DNA from: Marinicella sp.
Lineage (GTDB): Bacteria; Pseudomonadota; Gammaproteobacteria; Xanthomonadales; Marinicellaceae
DNA: 64,000 nt
NCBI GenBank assembly: GCA_965230295.1
Contig: OZ246001.1
Coordinates: 3,872,001-3,936,000, forward strand
Direction of reading: 5' to 3'
The position numbers were made by a program, and so were the translations under genes. Positions within the stretch are counted from its first letter, which is position 1. Every line of letters begins with the position of its first letter. Below the pieces are notes generated by a model. It was not told where the DNA came from. It saw nothing but the letters and a program-made list of their open reading frames with translations, and did not search any database. Shown one piece after another: positions 38,101-47,010 of the stretch.

Positions 38101-39643
38101 ACAATTGTGGCTGATCTGACAGGGCTGCAACTGGTGTATCAGCACCCATTGAACCTATCGGCTCTTTGGCTGATTGAGACATGGGATGGATGATCAGTTC
38201 GATGTCTTCCTGGGTGTACTTGAATAGTTTTTTGCGTTGATCCAACGATAATTCATTTTCACTTTTCTTTATATCGGTGTAAGGGATGTCTTTGAGGTGT
38301 ACCATGTTCGACACCAACCAGTCTGCATAAGGTCTCTTATGGGTGATTTTTTGTTTGATTTCTTCGTCATGAACGATCCTGCCTTCACCCATGTGAACCA
38401 AGAACATCTTCCCGGGCTCTAAACGACCATGGTAAGCGATGTTTTCATCAGCAATATCGACCACACCCGTTTCTGAGGCCATCACCACGTAACCATCTTG
38501 GGTAACGGTATATCTGGAAGGTCTTAATCCATTGCGGTCAAGAACTGCACCAATGTACTTGCCATCAGTAAAGGGAATCGAAGCAGGCCCATCCCATGGT
38601 TCCATCAAACAGGCATTGAATTCATAAAATGACTTTTTCACAGCATCCATGTGTTCATTCTTTTCCCAGGCTTCTGGAATCAACATCATCATCACCTCAG
38701 GCAATGACCTCCCTGTCATCAACAACAATTCGACCGCCATGTCCATTGAAGCAGAATCAGACTTGTTGGGTAACACCACAGGCAACAGTGATTTCATGTC
38801 ATCATTGAAGTAATCACATTGCATCAACTCTTCTCGTGATTGCATGCGCCTGATGTTACCTTTGACTGTATTGATTTCACCGTTGTGACAGATGTATCTG
38901 AAAGGTTGGGCCAAATCCCAGGTTGGGAAAGTATTGGTTGAGAAACGCTGATGAACCAGAGCCAAACGAGTCACAACCTGTGGATTGAGTAAATCCTTGT
39001 AATACAATTTGATATCTTGCGGTAACAACAGACCCTTATAAATGATGGTTCTTGGGCACAAACTGGGCACATAAAAATAATCACATTCTGACAACCCTGA
39101 TTGATTGATTTGGTGTTCAGTCACTTTTCTGGCGACATACAATTTTCGCTTAAAATCAAATTCTGACATTCCTGAGGATTTCCCCACAAACAGTTGCAAA
39201 ATGTGTGGTTCGTTCATGGCTGCCATTTTGCCGACAACTGATTGATCAACAGGTGCCTCACGCCAGCCCAATATGGACAATCCTTGAGCTTCTAATTGTT
39301 GTTCAAATATCGATTGGCAATGCTGCCTTTGGTTTTGTTTACGAGGCAGAAAGACGTGGCCCACTGCATATTGCCCTTCTGAAGGTATGTCGAAGTCGCA
39401 CTCCTTGACAAAATAATCATGTGGAACATCAATGAGTATGCCTGCACCATCGCCAGTTTTCCCGTCTGCACTGACAGCCCCCCGATGCTCAAGCTTCTCT
39501 AGAATCTCCAAAGCTTTGTGGATGATGTCGTGCGATTTCTCACCCTTCAAGCTACAAATAAATCCTGCTCCGCAGGCATCATGTTCAAAGTCTGATCGAT
39601 ACAAACCGGACCGCTTTAATTCATTGTCTATCTGATGTTCCAT
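35123..39643 (-). CDS. gltB: Glutamate synthase large subunit
   Basis: [56 protein letters not shown]. Confidence 0.99.
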   Translation of the reverse strand: [1506 protein letters not shown]

Positions 39644-39813
39644 ACGCCAACCCTTTCTGGCATTGCTTGTTTATATGGGCTGCAAACAATGCATTAATTA
39701 TTTTTATGTTTGATTGAAAATATCACAAACCATTAGAGCAACGACTCTAATTAAGAATAAAGCTCAATGGTGATAACAGAAATAGAGTTCAGTGTTTTAT
39801 AGGATGACACCAT

Positions 39814-39850
39814 AAAAAAACCCATTCAAAAATTGTTTTAAATGGGTTTT
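39814..39850 (-). terminator. Rho-independent terminator after the DUF4407 gene
   Basis: Minus strand AAAACCCATTTAAAA...TTTTGAATGGGTTTTTTT. Confidence 0.8.
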
Positions 39851-39871
39851 CGAGACAATCAGTGTTGTTGA

Positions 39872-41299
39872 TTATATGGATTGGGTGACCGTAGGCAAAT
39901 CCGGTTCAAGAGGTTTTTTCGCTTGCCGCTGTTCGAATTCTGCTGTTGCCTGATCCAGTTTGGCTTGTTCCTCAAGCAAAGCCACATGCATTTTTCGATA
40001 CATCTTCAAAGAATAAAAGCTGAATGGGCTGAAAAACAGTTTGATAATCACTGGCATCAACTCGATCGCAATGAAGAATATTTTTAACATGTAACTGAAT
40101 AAAATGGCGGCTTCTCCCAATTCAGGGTCTGCATGTATCTTGTTCAAAGCCAGGTACCTGACCAACATGCCGGTTTTTTGTTCATAAAATAAGCCATCGT
40201 TGATCAGCTTGGTCCGGTAAGCGGCTAATTTATTTTGTTTATCATCAATTTGTGAGGTCAACAACAGTTGTTCATTCTGCAAATCACTGTTGAGTTGACT
40301 CAATCGTTCTTCATTGATGGTGAGTGTGGTGGATTTCTCACTCAGTGTATTGCTCTTCAATTGATAGTCATTGAGGGTGTCAGTGGTGGCTAATATATTG
40401 GCCTCAATAGATTTCAATCTTTCTTTGGTGTCTTCTATTTCAGCTTCAATCACTGGTATTAAATCAGCCAACTGGGTATAGGTCTTGACAGCTCGGTCAT
40501 ATTTAGGGCCCTCAGTCGCCGGCCTTCCATCCTGTCCGGTTCGCTCTAAAATCGATTCGTTGAACCAATATTGGTAATCACTGCGGGTTTGGGTCAGCCT
40601 TTCATTCAGCGCACCAATGGCATTGATTGTGTTCTTTTGATCACGTTGTAACTCTTCTAGTGTCACTTGGTAATTATCAATGCTGTTGGCGACGGTGTCT
40701 TGGTCATAAGACTCATCGGTGTTTTTGATTTGTTCCTGGGTGGTTCGCAAATTAAGAATTTCCTGTTGCAATTGCGAAATTTTGTTTTCAGTGGCATTGA
40801 CTGTGGTATCCAATTCCTGCTCATATTCGCTCATACGGGCGAAATACTCTTGATTGTTTTCAACCACATCTTTCTGTATTTGTTCATCAATGGCATTGGC
40901 TTGTAAGCTGATTTCTGCCAAAGTGGCTAAGCCGATGGCAATGATCAGTGAATATATCAACCGGGGTATCAATCCGAACAGTTGTCTGATCGGCAGGCCC
41001 TTTTTGAAAGGATTTCTCAATGCCCAATCAGAACCGATGATGGCTTGATCTAAAAAGAACAGGGTTAATGCGAATACAAAACCCACTGTATATGCCGCTG
41101 CAGGACTTAAGAATATAGATACACCATAGGAAAACAACAAAAAAGTAAAGGCAAATGTGACCAATTGCCTGAACACCATGGCATAAGCCAACATGCGATC
41201 GTATCGGCCACTTTCTGCCAATACTTCAGTATCTGTTAATGAAAGAAATGCACATAATTTGAACCAAAGAGATTCTTTGGTTGGGGTGGATTGACTCAT
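39872..41299 (-). CDS. DUF4407-like membrane-anchored coiled-coil protein
   Basis: Three N-terminal TM helices (FFLDQAII, PRL..SLIIA), long coiled coil with GxxG...GPKY loop, C-terminal TM IELMPVIIK. Confidence 0.7.
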   Translation of the reverse strand: MSQSTPTKESLWFKLCAFLSLTDTEVLAESGRYDRMLAYAMVFRQLVTFAFTFLLFSYGVSIFLSPAAAYTVGFVFALTLFFLDQAIIGSDWALRNPFKKGLPIRQLFGLIPRLIYSLIIAIGLATLAEISLQANAIDEQIQKDVVENNQEYFARMSEYEQELDTTVNATENKISQLQQEILNLRTTQEQIKNTDESYDQDTVANSIDNYQVTLEELQRDQKNTINAIGALNERLTQTRSDYQYWFNESILERTGQDGRPATEGPKYDRAVKTYTQLADLIPVIEAEIEDTKERLKSIEANILATTDTLNDYQLKSNTLSEKSTTLTINEERLSQLNSDLQNEQLLLTSQIDDKQNKLAAYRTKLINDGLFYEQKTGMLVRYLALNKIHADPELGEAAILFSYMLKIFFIAIELMPVIIKLFFSPFSFYSLKMYRKMHVALLEEQAKLDQATAEFEQRQAKKPLEPDLPTVTQSI

Positions 41300-41514
41300 T
41301 TTTGACCTCTATTTTAAACATTGAAGTCACCTATAGACTTCACAATTAACCCGATTGCCATGGATTTCAGAAACTCAGTAATGACCATATACCTGATGTC
41401 ATGACGACTTGTTCCTTATTTGTGACTCTATATTTTGAATTAAGTTCAAGCTGATTGCTACATTTTTAGCAGCTTTCTTGTGTTACCCCGATCGTTTGTA
41501 CACGAATTAACGGG

Positions 41515-42987
41515 TCATTTGTTTTCACTGACCTCAGGAAATATTTCAATGATTTGTTGCTCAATTTCAAGCACTTCATCTGACTTACCCATAGCTTTCA
41601 GCACAGTAATCAGGTGCTGAAAGGATTCTATGTCTCTTAGGTTACCATCAACCGCTAACCTGAGGTATTTTTCAGCAGATGCCAAGTCACCTTTTTTGAA
41701 ATACACCCAGCCAACAGAATCCAGAATGGCTTTGTCCTTGGGTTTGATGGCATGCGCTTTCATGATGTAATCGTAAGCCTGATCCAAATTCATGTCATGG
41801 TCAGCCCAGGTATAACCCAATGCATTCATGGCATCGGCGTTATCGGGTTCATTTTGTAAAATTTTCTTTAAGTCTTTTTCCAGTGACTCCAGATCACCCA
41901 TCGATTCAAACAACATGGCGCGGGAATACAACAAGTCGCTGTCATCTTTGAACATGTTTAAGCCCATATTGGCAACAGCCAATGCTTCATCTTTGTTGTC
42001 TTGCTGTTTGTGTAATTCTATTTCTAACTGATAGGCTGGAATGGCATGTTGTTCCGGACCATTTTGAACCTGATGATACATCACTGCAGCACGCGAAAAA
42101 TTCTTTTGGGCCACCAATATATTGGCAATCAGTAATTTTGCTGCATTGACCTGGTCTCCGGTTTTGACGGTTTCAAGCAAACGCATGCTGTACTCGTAAT
42201 CCTTCATCCAGAAAGACAATTCTCCAATTTCCAGTTTTTGTTCGGCGTCGAGTAATGAAAAATCAGCCATCTGTTTCAACAGCTCGTATTTTTCTTCTGC
42301 AACCGTTTGGTTGTCTTGTTGTAGCAACAATATGATTTGCCTGAACAATAAATCCACATCTTGTTCATTTTGTTCCAATAATTCCAGTGCTTCTTCATCC
42401 CGGTTGAGAAAACTTAACAACGTGCTGTATTGTCCTATGTAATCAGCGTTCGCAGGGTCCTGTTTTAATAACCAAAGGTAGTCTGCTTCAGCAAGTTCCT
42501 CATTGTCTAACAACAAATGTAGTCGAGCCCGCCAATACACGTAATCAGATTGCTTATCAAGTTCAATCACTTGATTGATTAAATCCATGGCTTGCTGTTC
42601 TTGCTTAAGCTGGGTTAAAACGCGACTGAAAGCAAACTGTTGAGCGGCTGATGTGTTGATAAAAGGTTTTGTTAATGCTTGATCGACCAAAGATGCCGCA
42701 ATTTCATCAGGCATTGATACCAATGCCATTCTGATGTATTCCCACTTATCATGGTCTTTACCAGCAAATGCCATCATCTGTTTGATGTTGACTTCTGCTT
42801 CACCATAACTTTGTTGTCTTAAATTATCCAGTGTGGCTTGTTGCAGTTGAGTCCAGCCAAATGCCATGGTTTCAGCTGCCATTGCTTCATCAATGGGTTG
42901 TTCAGGTTTGGTTTTTTTGGATTGGCAGCCAACCAATACAGTAAAAAGTAAGGCTGACATCAACAGTTTGCTGGAATTGGTTATCAT
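41515..42987 (-). CDS. TPR lipoprotein (LbcA/PA4667-like)
   Basis: Lipobox LVGC; TPR repeats; NALGYTWAD...ILDSVGWVYF C-terminal motif; near hemA. Confidence 0.8.
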   Translation of the reverse strand: MITNSSKLLMSALLFTVLVGCQSKKTKPEQPIDEAMAAETMAFGWTQLQQATLDNLRQQSYGEAEVNIKQMMAFAGKDHDKWEYIRMALVSMPDEIAASLVDQALTKPFINTSAAQQFAFSRVLTQLKQEQQAMDLINQVIELDKQSDYVYWRARLHLLLDNEELAEADYLWLLKQDPANADYIGQYSTLLSFLNRDEEALELLEQNEQDVDLLFRQIILLLQQDNQTVAEEKYELLKQMADFSLLDAEQKLEIGELSFWMKDYEYSMRLLETVKTGDQVNAAKLLIANILVAQKNFSRAAVMYHQVQNGPEQHAIPAYQLEIELHKQQDNKDEALAVANMGLNMFKDDSDLLYSRAMLFESMGDLESLEKDLKKILQNEPDNADAMNALGYTWADHDMNLDQAYDYIMKAHAIKPKDKAILDSVGWVYFKKGDLASAEKYLRLAVDGNLRDIESFQHLITVLKAMGKSDEVLEIEQQIIEIFPEVSENK

Positions 42988-43005
42988 GGGGTTTTGTGCG
43001 TCATT

Positions 43006-44083
43006 CTATTGGTTCATTTGGGTCAAAAGTGCTGCTTGTGATTCTTCAGTCAATGGTTCAACCACCAAATCCAAGTCACCATCTATGATTTCATTCAATT
43101 TATATAAAGTCAAGTTGATCCGATGGTCAGATATTCGACCTTGGGGATAATTATAAGTTCGAATTCTTTGTGAGCGGTCACCGCTACCCACTTGCAACTT
43201 TCTGGCTTCAGACTGTTCAGCTTTGACCTTGGCTTGTTCAGCATCTAAAATCCTGGCAGATAACAATGACATGGCCTTGGCCTTATTCTTATGCTGCGAA
43301 CGCTCATCTTGACATTCAACCACTGTGTTGGTTGGTATATGAGTGATTCTAACGGCTGAATCGGTGGTATTGACATGTTGACCACCGGCTCCTGAAGAAC
43401 GGAAGGTATCAATCCTTAAATCTGCAGGGTTGATATCGATTTGATCAACACTGTCGACTTCAGGCAAAACAGCCACAGTACAAGCAGAGGTATGTACCCT
43501 ACCCTGAGATTCCGTTTCAGGTACCCGTTGAACCCGGTGGGTCCCAGACTCAAATTTAAACTTTGAAAAAGCACCGTTTCCTTCAACCAATGCAATGATT
43601 TCTTTGAAGCCACCATGTTCACCTTCATTAACACTCATGACGGTGACTTTCCAGCGTTGTTTTTCAGCATACCTCGCATACATGCGGAACAAGTCACCGG
43701 CAAAGATAGCCGCTTCATCACCACCAGTTCCGGCCCGTACTTCCAAATAAATGTTTTTGCTGTCATTGGGGTCTTTGGGAATCAACAACACTTTCAAGGC
43801 TTCATCCAGCTTGGTTAATAATGCCAGGCATTCATCGATAGATTCTTTGGCCAAATCTTGTAGCTCTTTGTCAGCCAACATTTCCCGGGCTTCACTGAGC
43901 TCTTGTTGGGCCTGTTGATAAGCCCTGAAGTTCAGAACCAATGGCTCAATTTGTGCGTACTCTTTGGACAGGTCTCTGAACTTATTCTGATCTGCCATCA
44001 CATCGGGGATCAGATAACAACAAACCCAACTCATCATAACGGTCTTGGGCATGGTCTAATTTGGCTTCAATTTCAGGAGTCAT
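43006..44083 (-). CDS. prfA: Peptide chain release factor 1, interrupted by a +1 frameshift after codon 26
   Basis: PET (PxT) motif, [17 protein letters not shown]; the true N-terminus [26 protein letters not shown] (ATG 44083) is in another frame and joins at CCCC 44008-44005. Confidence 0.93.
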
Positions 44084-45320
44084 CATTCAATTCCAAAGCA
44101 AATAATTCAGCAATCAACTTAATGTGTTCTTCATTCCCAGATTCGATGATTTTTCTGATACCACTGATGTTGTCATGAGATAATTTCTTACTGACCTGAT
44201 GTGCTATTGTGGCCATTTTATTGGCATGGTCAGAATCTGCATCTTGAGGTACCTGACGCTCAATCACTTCTTGTTTAATGGATTCAACCCTGGTTTGGTA
44301 TTGTTTGAGTAAATCGTGATGTCGGTGTCTTTTGACCCATTGATCCAATAATTCTGCTTCAGCGTTGATGATTCTTGTCGCTTCCTCAATGGTGCTTTCG
44401 CGACGATGAATGTTTTCGGTGATGACTTTTTGTAAATCATCTACGGCATATAAAAACACATCATCTAAACTTTTGATCTTGTCATCAATATCCCTTGGTA
44501 CAGACAAATCAATCATGACCATGGGTTTATACTTCCTCAATTTCAGGGCACTAACTGTCGCTGCTTTGCTGATCAAAATGTTCGGGCTGGCGGTGGCAGA
44601 AAATACCAAGTCGAATTCATGTAAGTGGCTTTCCAAAGCACCCAAACCGATGGTGGAGGCACCAAACATCTGTGCTAACTTTTCAGCTTTCTCGGGTGTC
44701 CTGTTGGCCAAAGCCATGTGTTTGGCATCATGATTAATCAAATACCTGATCAATAATTCAGCGGTTTCACCTGCTCCAATGACCAAAACTTTTTGATGTT
44801 CTAGGGAGCCAAATATTTGACGCCCTAATTGCACGGCACAATGAGCCACTGAAACAGGGTTGCGACCTATTTCGGTATCAGAGCGCACCAACTTGGCCGT
44901 TTTGAATGCCATTTGAAAGAGCTTATTGATTTCACCGTTCAATTCAAATTGATTGGCTTCATCAAAAGCACGTTTAACCTGTCCTTGAATTTGGGTCTCT
45001 CCAACCACCAGAGAATCCACACCTGCCGTGACTGCAAAAAGATGAGCGGCACATTGATGACCATTTTTGATATAAACATGATTGGCTTGACTGTCAAAAC
45101 CCAGTATTTCATCTGCTTGTGCTTTGAATTCAGCCAATGATTTGACCGATAAATAGTATTCAGTGCGGTTACAGGTACTGATCACCACTGCTGATTGGAT
45201 GACAGGAAACCGATGCAAGCGCTCAAGGTGACTTTGGTAATCTTGTTCGGCAACAGTGAACCGTTCTCTGATTTCGAGTTCTGCAGTTTTGTGGTTAATT
45301 CCAAGTACGCAAATTGCCAT
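44073..45320 (-). CDS. hemA: Glutamyl-tRNA reductase
   Basis: GINHKTA, STCNRTE, GETQIQGQVK, IGAGE, DLSVPRD. Confidence 0.97.
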   Translation of the reverse strand: MAICVLGINHKTAELEIRERFTVAEQDYQSHLERLHRFPVIQSAVVISTCNRTEYYLSVKSLAEFKAQADEILGFDSQANHVYIKNGHQCAAHLFAVTAGVDSLVVGETQIQGQVKRAFDEANQFELNGEINKLFQMAFKTAKLVRSDTEIGRNPVSVAHCAVQLGRQIFGSLEHQKVLVIGAGETAELLIRYLINHDAKHMALANRTPEKAEKLAQMFGASTIGLGALESHLHEFDLVFSATASPNILISKAATVSALKLRKYKPMVMIDLSVPRDIDDKIKSLDDVFLYAVDDLQKVITENIHRRESTIEEATRIINAEAELLDQWVKRHRHHDLLKQYQTRVESIKQEVIERQVPQDADSDHANKMATIAHQVSKKLSHDNISGIRKIIESGNEEHIKLIAELFALELNDDS

Positions 45321-45368
45321 GATTTGATAGTGATGGGCTAGCTAGATTTGTTTCAACAGTTTTATCAG

Positions 45369-46466
45369 CTAAAACTGGACACCCAACTTCTTCACCAAGT
45401 CGACAATTTTATCATGCAATTCTTGAGGTGTGGCGGCCAATAAAGTCGAATGGCCTATTTTTCTTCCGGCTCTGGGCTCTTTACCATAAACATGCCAGAA
45501 TAAGTCCTTCTCTGTGATGCTAAGGATGTTGTCAGGAAAGGCCCCAATCCAATTCAGCATGGCTGCCATTCCATCCATTTGAGTTGAGCCCAAAGGCAAG
45601 TTCAATCCTGCGCGTAAATGATTTTCGAATTGTGATGTGGCAGCACCCTCAATGGACCAATGACCCGAGTTATGAACCCTGGGGGCCATTTCGTTGACAT
45701 AAACAGATTCTTCCGTCTGGAAAAATTCAATCACCAACACACCGACGTAATTCAATGCCACAGCCAACTGTTTGGCATATTCAGTGGTCATGTCATCCAA
45801 ACTGGATTTCTTAGCCGGCACGATGGTTGTCGTCAAAATACCGTCTTTGTGTTTGTTTTCGCACAGAGGCCAAGTGGTGATTTCACCTAAACCATTGCGC
45901 GCAACGATCACTGAAACTTCTCGCTTGAATGGGACCCTTTTTTCTAAAATCAGGTCTTGTTCAAACAAACTTTCTGGAATGGTGCTGATGTCTGAAGCCT
46001 GACTGATGCGGTACTGACCTTTACCATCATAGCCCATACGGCGGGTCTTCAAGATACCATCATAGTTAAATTTTTTGGCAGCAAACTTCAATTCTGACAG
46101 GCTGTTTATGGTCTCGAATTCAGTGGTTGGTATCCCATAAGAATGACAAAACTGCTTTTCCATCAATCGATCTTGAGCGATTTCCAAAACTTCAGGACTG
46201 GGAAACACCGGTTTCTTTTTCTGGACAAAGCGCAGTGATTCTACAGGTACATTTTCAAAGTCAATGGTGACGATATCAACTTTCTGGCAAAACTCTTCCA
46301 AAGCCAATTCATTGTGGTATTCAGCGGTCATCAATTCGCCAACTTGGCCTGCACATGTATCTGGAGTCGGATCAAAAAACACGAACTCAAAGCCCAGTGG
46401 ATAACCAGACAGTGCCATCATTCGGGCCAGTTGGCCGCCTCCAAGTATGCCTATTTTAGGATTCAT
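45369..46466 (-). CDS. purK: N5-carboxyaminoimidazole ribonucleotide synthase
   Basis: [33 protein letters not shown]. Confidence 0.97.
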   Translation of the reverse strand: MNPKIGILGGGQLARMMALSGYPLGFEFVFFDPTPDTCAGQVGELMTAEYHNELALEEFCQKVDIVTIDFENVPVESLRFVQKKKPVFPSPEVLEIAQDRLMEKQFCHSYGIPTTEFETINSLSELKFAAKKFNYDGILKTRRMGYDGKGQYRISQASDISTIPESLFEQDLILEKRVPFKREVSVIVARNGLGEITTWPLCENKHKDGILTTTIVPAKKSSLDDMTTEYAKQLAVALNYVGVLVIEFFQTEESVYVNEMAPRVHNSGHWSIEGAATSQFENHLRAGLNLPLGSTQMDGMAAMLNWIGAFPDNILSITEKDLFWHVYGKEPRAGRKIGHSTLLAATPQELHDKIVDLVKKLGVQF

Positions 46467-46969
46467 TGATGTTTTGCTGGGTCCGGGTTGTTAACCACTT
46501 GACTGGTTTGTTGTTCACGATACTCAAGAAGATTACTGGCAATTGTTTGATCATGAATGGCCAAAATAGCGGCTGCTGACAGGGCTGCATTTTTGGCACC
46601 TGCATCTCCAATACTCATGGTGAGCACAGGTATACCCGCAGGCATCTGTGCAATTGAAAGTAAGGAATCAATACCATTGAGAACCCTTGATTTAATGGGC
46701 ACACCAATGACTGGTAAAGCCGTTTTAGCTGCCACCATGCCGGGCAAGTGGGCCGCACCACCAGCAGCGGCAATGATCACTTTGATACCTCTGGCTTGTG
46801 CTGTTTCCGCATAAGTAAACATTTTATCAGGTGTTCTGTGTGCAGAAACCACTTCAGCCTCATAAGGAACGGCCAGTGATTCTAGCAGTTCAGCACACTG
46901 TTTCATGGTCTGCCAATCTGATTGAGAACCCATGATAACGCCGACTTGTGGCCTGTTGTTTGCAGTCAT
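46463..46969 (-). CDS. purE: N5-CAIR mutase
   Basis: [28 protein letters not shown]. Confidence 0.98.
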   Translation of the reverse strand: MTANNRPQVGVIMGSQSDWQTMKQCAELLESLAVPYEAEVVSAHRTPDKMFTYAETAQARGIKVIIAAAGGAAHLPGMVAAKTALPVIGVPIKSRVLNGIDSLLSIAQMPAGIPVLTMSIGDAGAKNAALSAAAILAIHDQTIASNLLEYREQQTSQVVNNPDPAKHQ

Positions 46970-47010
46970 AATACTGTTTGATTGCTGTTATTCAATCGGT
47001 TATCTTACCG

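Noticed and set aside
39644-39800. Hairpins upstream of gltB as a possible glutamine riboswitch
   Set aside because: Two simple stems only; no recognisable glnA or downstream-peptide motif consensus
44005-44052. ORF-track N-terminus [15 protein letters not shown] for RF1, and a prfB-type autoregulatory site
   Set aside because: The peptide is not RF-like and results from the frameshift; the protein has the RF1 PxT motif and there is no CTT-TGA or internal SD
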